NCBI GenBank assembly: GCA_949288335.1
Contig: CASEJU010000068.1
Span: 1 to 32,000, forward strand
Length of the DNA: 32,000 bases
Reading direction: 5' to 3'
Source of the DNA: an uncultured bacterium
GTDB lineage: Bacteria > Bacillota_I > Bacilli_A > RF39 > UBA660
In this document: piece by piece, positions 1 through 9,224 of the stretch
How positions within the stretch are numbered: position 1 is the first letter of the stretch
Layout of the letters: each line of letters begins with the position of its first letter
The notes under the pieces: model-generated
The model's database searches: none
Told to the model about the DNA's origin: nothing
The model's input: the letters and a program-made list of their open reading frames with translations, nothing else
Translations under genes and position numbers: made by a program

Positions 1-314
1 GAATTATTGCAAAAACAAGTTAATGAAGATAATAATTTAATAGCTAATTAATGGAAAGTATTGACAGTCATATTCGTTAATACTTTTTTCTGTAAAATAA
101 AATAGATTAAAGGAGAGTGATAAAATGATTAGTATAAGAAAAAAATAAAGGTTTATTAGTATAAATTTGAAATTGCAAAAATAAATGGGAAACGAAAATT
201 TATCAATAAATCAGGGTTTAGAATAAAAATGAAGCATATATAACATGACAAAAAGCATATGTTAAATTTATCATAGAAAGTAACATATTATATTCTGATT
301 ATCTAGATTATTAA

Positions 315-437
315 ATGAACAAATATTTTGAAATGAATTATAATCAAAATAAAGGAAATTATGAAGAAAAAAAGTCTGGTTATAAAAAAAGGAAAATTTC
401 TTTTATAAGTGAAGTTTTTGATATGTTTGGTGACTAA
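315..437 (+). CDS. Possible 40-codon small ORF (MNKYFEMNYNQNKGNYEEKKSGYKKRKISFISEVFDMFGD), speculative
   Basis: Hand translation from ATG315 to TAA435-437. The stop abuts an intrinsic terminator hairpin. There is no convincing RBS before ATG315 or the internal ATG333, and no family was recognised. Confidence 0.2.
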   Translation: MNKYFEMNYNQNKGNYEEKKSGYKKRKISFISEVFDMFGD

Positions 438-462
438 AACTACTTTATAGTAGTTTTTTTGT
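436..462 (+). terminator. Rho-independent terminator
   Basis: AAACTACT (437-444) / TTAT loop / AGTAGTTT (449-456), followed by a T-run to 460. Confidence 0.6.
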
Positions 463-570
463 AATTTTTTTTACATATTTTTATAATAAAATATAAATTG
501 GATTATAGTATATATGGAAAATAATCCCAGATGTTTTTAATACTTTGTGATTTTATTAATGACATATTTA

Positions 571-579
571 TGTTATAAT
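571..579 (+). promoter_or_regulatory. Extended -10 promoter element (TGtTATAAT) for prfB
   Basis: TG571-572, one spacer base, then TATAAT 574-579, 18 nt upstream of ATG597. The same TGTTATAAT recurs before ychF, rpsF, rplI and the NUDIX gene. Confidence 0.5.
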
Positions 580-596
580 GAATAATAGGTGATTAT

Positions 597-1692
597 ATGG
601 CAATTACAAGTAAAGACATTTTATTATTAGAAGAAAAATTTAACCATATATGGAGTTGTCTTTGACGCCACAAAAAAACAGGAGAGAATAACTTTATTGA
701 ATAAAGAAATATCAGATCCTAACATCTGGAGTAATCCTTCAAATGCGGAAGCTTTAACTAAAGAGTTAAGTGAATTAAAAGAAATATTAAATCCAGTATT
801 TAAGTTAAAGGATAATATAGAAACGCTTAAACAGTATGAAGAATTTTGTAACGATGCTTTGGATGATGATATAAAAAAAGAGTTTGAAATTCTGTATGAA
901 GAAACCATTAAATTATTAAAAAATCAAGAGACTTTGACGTATCTTAGTGGAGAATTTGATAATAATGCCGCGATTTTTGAAATACACGCCGGGGCCGGTG
1001 GTACAGAAAGTTGTGATTGGGCCATGATGCTTTCTAGAATGTACACTAAGTATTTTAATAAAAAAGGTTATACGTATGAAGTTATAGATGAACAGCCTGG
1101 AGAGGAAACAGGTATTAAAAGCATAGTTTATATAGTAAAAGGAACTTTTGCCTACGGATATTTAAAAAATGAAAAAGGCGTTCATCGTTTGGTTAGATTA
1201 TCACCGTTTGATGCAAATAATAGAAGACATACTTCCTTTGCGGCCGTTGACGTTATTCCTGAATTTGATGATAACGTAGACGTTGAAATAAAAGATCAAG
1301 ATGTTAGAATTGATGTATATAGAAGTAGTGGTGCTGGAGGACAAGGTGTTAATACAACTGACAGCGCCGTTAGAATAACTCATATACCAACAGGCATTGT
1401 AGTTACTTGTCAAAATGAAAGAAGTCAAATAAAAAACAAAGAAACGGCTTTAAAAATATTAAAAAGTAAACTATATCAGTTAAAATTAAAAGAGCAAAAG
1501 GACCGAATTAATACAATTAAAAGCGACCATGCTGGTATAGAGTTTGGATCACAGATAAGAAGTTACGTGCTTCATCCGTATTCGATGATAAAGGATCATC
1601 GAACCAACTATGAAACATCTAATGTTAGTAAAGTTTTAGATGGCGATTTAGATGGATTTATAGAAAGTAATTTAAAAGGAGAAAAATTATAA
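597..1692 (+). CDS. prfB: Peptide chain release factor 2, expressed through a programmed +1 ribosomal frameshift (597..662 joined to 664..1692)
   Basis: Frame-0 ORF ATG597..CTT662 (MAITSKDILLLEEKFNHIWSCL) hits an in-frame TGA at 663-665. The +1 frame from G664 reads DATKKQERITLLNKEISDPNIW... and runs into the 697..1692 track ORF. RF2 motifs SPF (RLSPFD) and GGQ (SGAGGQG) are present. Confidence 0.93.
652..666 (+). promoter_or_regulatory. prfB: RF2 autoregulatory +1 frameshift site (SD-like GGAG, then CTT TGA C)
   Basis: GGAG 652-655, a 4-nt spacer, then CTT 660-662, TGA 663-665 and C666. This matches the canonical CUU UGA C shift site with an upstream internal Shine-Dalgarno element. Confidence 0.85.
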
Positions 1693-2609
1693 TGAGAATG
1701 TTTAGGTTATTTAGAAGGAAAAAAACTGATAAAATCTTAAAAATAGTAGAAAAAGCGCATCTTTTTAAAAGGTATATATTCTTATTAATAGGTGTTTTAA
1801 TGTACGCGTTAGCGTATAATTTATTCTTTTTTAAAAATAATATAGTATTTGGTGGTGCTAGCGGTATATCCATAATTACGAAAAGTTTTATAGATTCTTC
1901 AATTATGATTCTTATATTAAATGTACTATTTTTAGTATTAAGTTATTTTCTTTTGGGAAAAGAAAAGACCATTAATTCTCTTGTTGGTTCACTACTATTT
2001 CCACTATTCGTAAGTTTAACAAAAGGAATAGATGAGTTTATAAACATAGATAATAGTAATCTTTTGCTTATTGCAATAATTGGTGGTGTTTGCGTTGGAA
2101 CCGCAGCGGGAATAGTTTTTAAAAGTGGTTTTACAACCGGTGGTACAGACATTCTAAACCAAATAGTAGCAAAATATTTTAAGGTATCAATGGGAACTTC
2201 AATGTTAATGACTGATGGTATAATTACTATAGTTGGAGGGTTCTTCTTTGGTTGGACACGTGTGTTATATGCAATGATTGTTTTATATATAATTAACGTT
2301 TTAGTTGATAAAGTGGTACTTGGTATATCAAAGAGTAAAGCTGTTTATATAACAACTGATGAAGATGATGCGGTAATCGAATATTTATTAAACGAGTTAA
2401 ATCTTGGAATAACTTTAATTGAGACAAGGGGTGGATATACAAATAAAAAAGACCAAATAATTATGTGTGTTATTCCAACTAGTGAATATTTTAAAGTAAG
2501 TGAAGGTATTGAACAGATAGATCCAAAAGCGGTTATTTTGGTGACGGACGCATACCAAACCTCTGGTATGTATAGTGGAAAAGGAAGTGAGTTAGTAGGA
2601 ATCAACTAA
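1692..2609 (+). CDS. YitT-family integral membrane protein (DUF2179 C-terminal domain), counterpart of B. subtilis YvjA
   Basis: Multi-TM N-terminal part with GGTDIL, and a C-terminal TRGGYT...MCVI block typical of the YitT/DUF2179 family. The start overlaps the prfB stop (TAATG). It occupies the same position after prfB as yvjA does in Bacillus. Confidence 0.8.
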   Translation: MRMFRLFRRKKTDKILKIVEKAHLFKRYIFLLIGVLMYALAYNLFFFKNNIVFGGASGISIITKSFIDSSIMILILNVLFLVLSYFLLGKEKTINSLVGSLLFPLFVSLTKGIDEFINIDNSNLLLIAIIGGVCVGTAAGIVFKSGFTTGGTDILNQIVAKYFKVSMGTSMLMTDGIITIVGGFFFGWTRVLYAMIVLYIINVLVDKVVLGISKSKAVYITTDEDDAVIEYLLNELNLGITLIETRGGYTNKKDQIIMCVIPTSEYFKVSEGIEQIDPKAVILVTDAYQTSGMYSGKGSELVGIN

Positions 2610-2700
2610 TTAAATTTATGTTAAATTAAAAAAAGTAAATGAGTTATTTATATATAAAAGAGTTATATTTAATATATAGCAGTAAAGGAAGTGAACGATT

Positions 2701-3399
2701 ATGGAATTTATTAAGTTTAGAAACGTAGAAAAAACTTATAAAAATGGTGTAAACGCGGTTTATAATTTGAATTTAGACATAAAAAAGGGAGAGTTTGTTT
2801 TTGTTATAGGGGCATCAGGTTCCGGCAAATCAACGCTTATAAAAATGCTTTATAGGGAAGAAAAACCAACGCATGGTGAAATATATGTCGGTGGGGTAAA
2901 CGTTGCAAAGGTAAAAAATAGTAAGGTTTATAAATTAAGAAGAAAAATTGGAATAGTTTTCCAAGATTACAAATTATTACCTAAGTTAACGGTTTACGAA
3001 AATGTTGCTTTTGCACTTGAAATATATGGCCTTCCGTCTGATGAAGTTAAAAGAAAAGTATTAAAAGCATTAGATTTAGTTGGCTTAAAATCAAGAACAA
3101 AAAGTTATCCGGATCAATTATCCGGTGGTGAACAGCAGCGGGTTGCAATTGCAAGAGCGATAGTAAACTCACCAAAACTACTTATATGTGATGAGCCAAC
3201 CGGTAACTTGGATCCTGATACTAGTTTAGAAGTTATGAAAGTAATAGAAAAGATAAATGATTTAGGAACAACAATCGTAATGGCTACGCATGATAGAGAG
3301 ATGGTTGATAAAATGAAAAAAAGAGTTATTCTTTTGGATAATGGTAAGCTTGTAAAAGATTATGAGAAAGGAAGTTATAGTCATTATGAAGGCAATTAG
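2701..3399 (+). CDS. ftsE: Cell-division ABC ATPase FtsE
   Basis: Walker A GASGSGKST, signature LSGGEQQR and Walker B LLICDEP. RBS AAAGGAAGTGA precedes it, and ftsX follows. Confidence 0.92.
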   Translation: MEFIKFRNVEKTYKNGVNAVYNLNLDIKKGEFVFVIGASGSGKSTLIKMLYREEKPTHGEIYVGGVNVAKVKNSKVYKLRRKIGIVFQDYKLLPKLTVYENVAFALEIYGLPSDEVKRKVLKALDLVGLKSRTKSYPDQLSGGEQQRVAIARAIVNSPKLLICDEPTGNLDPDTSLEVMKVIEKINDLGTTIVMATHDREMVDKMKKRVILLDNGKLVKDYEKGSYSHYEGN

Positions 3400-4285
3400 A
3401 ATATTTTTAAGAAACATACGTGATGGCTTTAAAAGTGTTGGAAGAAACCTTAGTTTATCAGTTGCATCTATTTCATGTATAACTATTACATTGTTAATTG
3501 TTGGTATCGCCGTTGTTGTTTCATATAACGTAGAGAACATGACGAAACTAGTAAAAGAAGATTTTACTATCGTATCATTTGTTGATACTAAAGCCAATGA
3601 AGAAGAGATAAATGATTTACAAAAAACAATAAAATCGTTTAAAAACGTTGAATCAGTAGAACATCAAACAAAAGAGCAAATTGCAGATGAAATGAAAGAT
3701 ACTTCTGATTCATTAGCAAAGATTATAGATAGTTGGTCTGATGAATCAAATCCACTATATGATACTTTATTAGTAAAGGTAAAGGATACCGAAAAAATAT
3801 CTAAGACCGCGGAGCAAATTTCTGATTTAGAGCTTATTGAAGAAGTTCAGTATGGACAAGGTATGGTTGAAAATCTTTTATCAATATTTAAAGTGTTAGA
3901 AAAAGCAATGATTGTTGCGATGATAGCATTGGTTTTTGTAACGTTATTTTTAATAACTAATACAATAAAGATAACAATTTTCTCAAGAAAAAGAGAAATA
4001 GAAATAATGAGACTTGTAGGTGCGTCTAACTTTTCTATTAAACAACCATTCGTAATAGAGGGATTTTGTTTAGGATTCTTAGGTTCTTTGATTCCTATTG
4101 CAGCTTCTTTATATGGATATTCAGCATTATATAAACATTTTAATGGACAAATATTTTCACCATTCATTAAATTAGTTCCAGCTGAACCATTTATATATTA
4201 CGTATCATTAATATTGTTAGCCTTAGGTGTTGTTGTTGGTATGTTTGGAAGTTATAGAGCGGTAAGGAAATACTTAAAAATATAA
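3386..4285 (+). CDS. ftsX: Cell-division permease-like protein FtsX
   Basis: Has the FtsX layout of an N-terminal TM, an extracellular domain and three C-terminal TMs. I prefer ATG3386 (MKAIRIFLRNIRDGF...) because RBS GAAAGGAAG lies at 3367-3375. The track start at 3362 is an alternative. Confidence 0.88.
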   Translation: MKAIRIFLRNIRDGFKSVGRNLSLSVASISCITITLLIVGIAVVVSYNVENMTKLVKEDFTIVSFVDTKANEEEINDLQKTIKSFKNVESVEHQTKEQIADEMKDTSDSLAKIIDSWSDESNPLYDTLLVKVKDTEKISKTAEQISDLELIEEVQYGQGMVENLLSIFKVLEKAMIVAMIALVFVTLFLITNTIKITIFSRKREIEIMRLVGASNFSIKQPFVIEGFCLGFLGSLIPIAASLYGYSALYKHFNGQIFSPFIKLVPAEPFIYYVSLILLALGVVVGMFGSYRAVRKYLKI

Positions 4286-5469
4286 TGAAAAAAATATTAT
4301 ATAGCTTAATAACTTTATTAGTAGTATTTACAATACCAATAACAACAATTAACGCAAAAACAATTGGTCAGTTAGAAAAAGAATTAGATGCTGCACAAAA
4401 AAAATTAAATGATACAAATACAAAAAAAGCAATGAATAGTCAAGATTTAAAAGAAACACAAAACAAGATATCAGAAATACAATCTAGTATTAAAAAAACA
4501 GAAGAAAGTATTGATCAAAAAACAAAGGAAAGTGAGCAGCTAGAAAAAGATATCCAAAAGAAAAATGAACAGACTAAAGATTTGATGAGATATTATCAAA
4601 AATCATCTTCTGGGTCTGCGATGATTGAATATATTATGGGAGCAGAAAGCATAACTGACCTTGTTTATAGGTTATCAATCACAGAGCAAATTTCATCTTA
4701 TAATAAAAAGACCGTAAACGAAATGAACGAAATGATTAAAGAAAATGAAGAAATAAAAAAAGAATTAGCTTCCAAGAAAGAAGAGCTTGTTAAACTTAAG
4801 TCTGAACAAGAAGTTCAGTTAACTGTATTAAACCAAAAACAATCAGAACTTAATAAAGAAGGAGAATCTGATGAAGCATCGGTTAAATCCATGAAAAAAG
4901 AACTTGAGTACTATAAATCTTTAAAATGCTCTAGTAGTGATACAATTGATGGCTGTTTAGCTAAAGTTTATGGTAGTGGGTATTTGCCTTCAGGTACAAC
5001 CTTTTTTAGACCAACTACTTCAGGTAGAATATCAAGTGAGTTTGGTAAAAGAACTTTATTTGGATCAGCTAATAACCATTTTGCTATTGATATAGCAATG
5101 CCTATTGGCACTCCTGTTTATGCGGTTGCTCCAGGTATTGTTGGCTATACCGGAGAGGTTTGTGGTATTTCACTTGTTGTATGGCATAATATAAATGGGC
5201 AAACTTATTCCTCTATTTATTGCCATTTATCAAAACAATTAGTTAAAAAAGGACAAGTGGTAACAAAAGATACCATGATAGCTAAATCTGGTAACACTGG
5301 TATATCAACCGGACCTCACTTACACCTTGGTATGGCAACAGGAAAATATAAAGCAGATTATTACTATTATTATAAAACATCAAGGGGAGATAGTTTAGAA
5401 AATCATACGTTTAACCCAAGAAACGTAATAAACTTCCCAGCTTTAGGTAAGAGTTATTATAACAGGTAA
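4285..5469 (+). CDS. Secreted coiled-coil M23 (LytM-type) peptidoglycan metalloendopeptidase, probable FtsEX partner
   Basis: Signal peptide MKKILYSLITLLVVFTIPITTINA, about 200 aa of K/E/Q-rich coiled coil, and a C-terminal M23 domain with intact HxxxD (HFAID) and HxH (HLHLG). The start overlaps the ftsX stop (TAATG). Confidence 0.85.
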   Translation: MKKILYSLITLLVVFTIPITTINAKTIGQLEKELDAAQKKLNDTNTKKAMNSQDLKETQNKISEIQSSIKKTEESIDQKTKESEQLEKDIQKKNEQTKDLMRYYQKSSSGSAMIEYIMGAESITDLVYRLSITEQISSYNKKTVNEMNEMIKENEEIKKELASKKEELVKLKSEQEVQLTVLNQKQSELNKEGESDEASVKSMKKELEYYKSLKCSSSDTIDGCLAKVYGSGYLPSGTTFFRPTTSGRISSEFGKRTLFGSANNHFAIDIAMPIGTPVYAVAPGIVGYTGEVCGISLVVWHNINGQTYSSIYCHLSKQLVKKGQVVTKDTMIAKSGNTGISTGPHLHLGMATGKYKADYYYYYKTSRGDSLENHTFNPRNVINFPALGKSYYNR

Positions 5470-5496
5470 AAGAAGCGTGCATATGCTTCTTTTTTA
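5468..5496 (+). terminator. Rho-independent terminator
   Basis: AGAAGC (5471-5476) pairs with GCTTCT (5485-5490), followed by TTTTT. Confidence 0.7.
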
Positions 5497-5558
5497 ATAC
5501 TTTCTTCTTTAATTCTCTTTTAATTAAAAATTTGTTATAATTAAATTGGTGATTAAAC

Positions 5559-5966
5559 TTGAAAAAAATGAATGTAATAGTAGTTTTTAATAAAGACATG
5601 AGTAAAACTTTGATGTGTAAAAGAACAAAAGAACCATATAAAGGTATGTATAATTTAGTTGGTGGTAAAATAGAGGCTCCTAATGATGGCTTAAATGAGG
5701 CTTATAGAGAGTTGGAAGAAGAAACTAATATTCATAAAAGTGATATTGATTTAACTCACTTCATGGACATTGTTTATGTTAAATGGAATAAAGAGTTAGA
5801 AGTATATTATGGAATATTAAATAAGGATGTTCAGTTAGTTGAAGAAGTTAATAAATTAGAATGGGTTAATACTAGTGATAACTTCTTTGATATGAGTAAA
5901 TATGCGGGAGAAGGGAATATAGGCCATATATTAGAAGAGATAAAAATAGATTTAGATAAAAAATAA
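5559..5966 (+). CDS. NUDIX hydrolase
   Basis: Nudix box GGKIEAPNDGLNEAYRELEEETNI (GX5EX7REUXEEXGU). The TTG5559 start sits 6 nt after GGTGA. ATG5568 is an alternative start. Confidence 0.8.
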   Translation: MKKMNVIVVFNKDMSKTLMCKRTKEPYKGMYNLVGGKIEAPNDGLNEAYRELEEETNIHKSDIDLTHFMDIVYVKWNKELEVYYGILNKDVQLVEEVNKLEWVNTSDNFFDMSKYAGEGNIGHILEEIKIDLDKK

Positions 5967-6111
5967 TGCTCATTTATTAGGAATTCATATAATGTTCATA
6001 AATAATATATAATATTCTTTTTATGTTATTTTATATGTTAAAAAAGTAATATATGGAAAGGCATCAATTTTATGAAAATATTTTGTATAAGATTGATAGA
6101 GGAAAGTTATT

Positions 6112-6951
6112 ATGTATGTAAAAGAAAACGTTAAAGATGAAGTGTATAAGAAAGTGATAGGCCATTTTTTAAATAAGTGTGATGTAGTATCTTTTACATA
6201 TAGACCTGATCAACACTCTGATAATACACAAAAAATAAAAAAAATTTTATCTGAATTAAATTATTCTCAAAGTTACATTGAAAGAAATTATTCATATAAA
6301 TTAATAAGTGAATTCTTTAAATATAATAAAGATAATGCTTTACTGTTCAATGATGAGTATCAAAATACTTATAAAAAATATTTAAAGGGACTAACTAATT
6401 ATAGCGAATATAAAAGGTTTCAAAAAGATTCAAATTATAAAAGCAAACTTTATGTTAAATATGATAAGTATAATTTAAAAATAGATTTAGATAACTTAAC
6501 TTATGAAGAATATAAAACATTTATTATATATGATAATAGGTTAGATTATATATGGTCGATATTTAGTAGGTTATATTATGAATACAAAGTGAATGAATTT
6601 ATTAACAAATATAAAAATAACATCCTTTATGAAAGAAAAAATTATGATGATAAAAGTATAATTAGCATACAATATTTTTTAAAAATTAACGAAAATTTAA
6701 AAAAAGGAATCATTAGGAGAAACTCCGTCTTCGATTGGAGTTTTCCTAACTCCATAGAAGATATGACATTTTATAGTAAAGGACTTTGCAAGTTGTTTTC
6801 TATTGCACACGAAAAGATTCTAAATATATTTTGTGAAAATGAAGAAGAGTATAAATATTTAAAATTAATTGGTGTAAAATTTAAGGAAGAAATTTTTGTT
6901 CCAGTAAAGGAAAAAGATAAAATTTTTGAAAAATATCAAAATTTAAAGTAA
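6112..6951 (+). CDS. Hypothetical protein, 279 aa, Asn/Lys/Tyr-rich orphan
   Basis: Long ORF in a very AT-rich stretch. RBS GAGGAAAG lies 7 nt before the ATG, and it has its own terminator downstream. No signal peptide, TM segment or recognisable motif. Confidence 0.6.
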   Translation: MYVKENVKDEVYKKVIGHFLNKCDVVSFTYRPDQHSDNTQKIKKILSELNYSQSYIERNYSYKLISEFFKYNKDNALLFNDEYQNTYKKYLKGLTNYSEYKRFQKDSNYKSKLYVKYDKYNLKIDLDNLTYEEYKTFIIYDNRLDYIWSIFSRLYYEYKVNEFINKYKNNILYERKNYDDKSIISIQYFLKINENLKKGIIRRNSVFDWSFPNSIEDMTFYSKGLCKLFSIAHEKILNIFCENEEEYKYLKLIGVKFKEEIFVPVKEKDKIFEKYQNLK

Positions 6952-6980
6952 AACATAATAGAATATGATTGTTTTAGAAA

Positions 6981-7018
6981 AGAGAAATGCATTTCTAAAA
7001 TTTAGCATTTCTCTTTTT
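6981..7018 (+). terminator. Rho-independent terminator
   Basis: AGAGAAATGC (6981-6990) pairs with GCATTTCTCT (7005-7014), followed by TTTT. Confidence 0.7.
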
Positions 7019-7053
7019 AGGTAAAATCGTTAAAATTAAGTATAAGAGCTTTA

Positions 7054-7082
7054 TTGATTCCTTATAAAATAAGTGTTAGAAT
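7054..7082 (+). promoter_or_regulatory. Sigma-A type promoter, TTGATT-17-TAGAAT with an extended TG, about 150 nt upstream of uvrB
   Basis: TTGATT at 7054-7059, a 17-nt spacer, TG at 7074-7075 and TAGAAT at 7077-7082. Confidence 0.55.
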
Positions 7083-7099
7083 AGATTAACAAGGTTTAT

Positions 7100-7157
7100 T
7101 TAGTGTTAATTAGTGTTATTTATTAAATTTGTGGCCGAAATGCGTATTTTAGTGTTT
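7100..7157 (+). repeat. Three copies of TTAGTGTT in the putative uvrB 5-prime leader
   Basis: TAGTGTT at 7101-7107, 7111-7117 (tandem, 10-bp phasing) and 7150-7156, each preceded by T. Confidence 0.5.
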
Positions 7158-7237
7158 CAGACACGTATCATCCAAAACTCAAAATTTTTAAAATACGAAT
7201 TTTTAAGGTTGATAGTAATCATAGTAAGGAGGACAAA

Positions 7238-9190
7238 ATGTTTGATTTAGTATCTAAATTTAAGCCATCTGGTGATCAGCCTGAAGCAATAAAAGAACTT
7301 TCTTGTGGAATAAAAGATGGCAAGAAATACCAGGTTTTACTAGGGGCTACGGGTACTGGTAAGACCTTTACAATTGCAAACGTAATTAAAGAAGTTAACA
7401 AGCCAACGCTAGTTTTAGCGCATAACAAAACACTAGCAGGTCAGTTGTACTCAGAATTAAAGGAAATCTTTCCAAACAATCGCGTTTGCTATTTTGTTTC
7501 GTATTATGATTATTATCAGCCGGAAGCATACGTTCCATCAAGCGATACTTATATAGAAAAAGATTCATCTATAAACGATGAGATAGATGAGTTAAGACAC
7601 TATGCAACATCATCTTTAATAAATGCTAAAGACGTAATAGTAGTGGCATCAGTTTCTTGCATTTATGGTATAGGAGATAAAGAAGAATATGAAAATCATA
7701 TGCTTACTTTAAAAGTTGGTGAGGAAATAAATAGAAATGAAATCCTTACAAAGTTAGTAGATATGTTGTATGAAAGAAACAACATGGATCTGGTAAGAGG
7801 AACTTTTAGAGCCAAGGGAGATGTTATTGAAATTATTCCGTCGTATGAAAAAAGTCATGGTATTAGAGTAGAGTTGTTTGGCGATGAAATAGATAGAATA
7901 TCAGAATTTGATGTTTTAACAGGTGCTATTGTTAATGATAAAAAATTTATTTCTATAATGCCAGCATCTCACTTTGTAACCAGTGAGGAAAAATTAAAAA
8001 AAGCAATCGTAAATATTAAAGCTGAATTAGAAGACAGGTTAAAATATTTTCGCGATAATGGTAAATTATTAGAGGCTGAACGCCTGGAGCAGCGGTGTAA
8101 GTATGATATAGAAATGCTAGAAGAAACCGGTTTTTGTTCCGGAGTTGAAAACTACTCTAGACACTTAGCATTAAAGCCCGCTGGTGCAACGCCAACTTGT
8201 CTTTTAGACTTCTTTCCAGATGATTTTTTAATGGTCGTAGATGAATCACACGTAACATTACCTCAGGTTAAGGCGATGTATAACGGTGATAGAAACAGAA
8301 AACAAATGCTTGTTGATTACGGATTTAGACTTCCATCGGCACTTGATAACAGGCCTTTAAGATATGAAGAGTTTGAAGAAAAAATAAACCAAGTAATATA
8401 CGTTTCTGCAACACCTGGTGATGAGGAACTAGAAAAAGTGCATCATCACGTTGTAGAACAAATAATTAGACCAACCGGACTTTTAGATCCTTTAATAGAG
8501 GTAAGAAAATCAACTAATCAAATAGATGATTTAATAGAAGAAATAAATAAGCAAATAGATAAAGGGGATAGAACTTTAGTTACAACCTTAACCATTAGAA
8601 TGGCAGAGGAATTAACTTCATATTTAAAGAATCTAAACATAAAAGTAGCTTATCTTCATAGTGAAGTAAAAACTTTAGAAAGATTACAAATAATTCATGA
8701 TTTAAGGGCGGGCAAGTATGATGTTTTAGTTGGTATAAACCTTTTAAGAGAAGGTCTTGATATACCAGAGGTTAGCTTGGTTGCCATCTTAGATGCTGAT
8801 AAGCAAGGCTTTTTAAGAAGCCACAGAAGTCTTATTCAAACGATTGGTAGATGTGCAAGGAACGCTGAAGGCAGAGTAATAATGTATGGTGACATAATAA
8901 GCGAAGCAATGAAAGAAGCTATTGATGAAACCGCAAGACGGCGTGCTATACAAATTAAATATAATGAAGAGCATCATATAGTGCCAGAAACCATAAAGAA
9001 AAAGATAATGGAAGTTGTAAGCGTAAATGATGATAATAGTAATTCTAAAAGAAATATAAAAAGTGATAACATTCATAATGATAAGTTAATAAAAGAGTTA
9101 GAGCAAGAAATGCAAAAAGCTGCTAAAGAATTAGACTTTGAGCGCGCTATGGAACTTCGTGATATTATATTTGAAATGAAAGTAAAATAA
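7238..9190 (+). CDS. uvrB: Excinuclease ABC subunit B
   Basis: GATGTGKT Walker A, DESH box, a C-terminal UVR domain ([12 protein letters not shown]) and strong RBS AAGGAGG. Confidence 0.97.
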   Translation: MFDLVSKFKPSGDQPEAIKELSCGIKDGKKYQVLLGATGTGKTFTIANVIKEVNKPTLVLAHNKTLAGQLYSELKEIFPNNRVCYFVSYYDYYQPEAYVPSSDTYIEKDSSINDEIDELRHYATSSLINAKDVIVVASVSCIYGIGDKEEYENHMLTLKVGEEINRNEILTKLVDMLYERNNMDLVRGTFRAKGDVIEIIPSYEKSHGIRVELFGDEIDRISEFDVLTGAIVNDKKFISIMPASHFVTSEEKLKKAIVNIKAELEDRLKYFRDNGKLLEAERLEQRCKYDIEMLEETGFCSGVENYSRHLALKPAGATPTCLLDFFPDDFLMVVDESHVTLPQVKAMYNGDRNRKQMLVDYGFRLPSALDNRPLRYEEFEEKINQVIYVSATPGDEELEKVHHHVVEQIIRPTGLLDPLIEVRKSTNQIDDLIEEINKQIDKGDRTLVTTLTIRMAEELTSYLKNLNIKVAYLHSEVKTLERLQIIHDLRAGKYDVLVGINLLREGLDIPEVSLVAILDADKQGFLRSHRSLIQTIGRCARNAEGRVIMYGDIISEAMKEAIDETARRRAIQIKYNEEHHIVPETIKKKIMEVVSVNDDNSNSKRNIKSDNIHNDKLIKELEQEMQKAAKELDFERAMELRDIIFEMKVK

Positions 9191-9224
9191 AACTCATCTT
9201 GAAACTAAAATAGTTATTAGATTA

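Noticed and set aside
1-51. Possible 3-prime end of an upstream gene (frame 1 reads ELLQKQVNEDNNLIAN-stop)
   Set aside because: All three frames reach a stop within 51 nt, and 16 residues carry no recognisable signature. This cannot be supported.
5359-5373. Run of five Tyr codons (YYYYY) near the C-terminus of the M23 protein
   Set aside because: It is a short compositional run in an AT-rich genome. It uses mixed TAT and TAC codons, and nothing suggests a slippery or repeat-expansion site.
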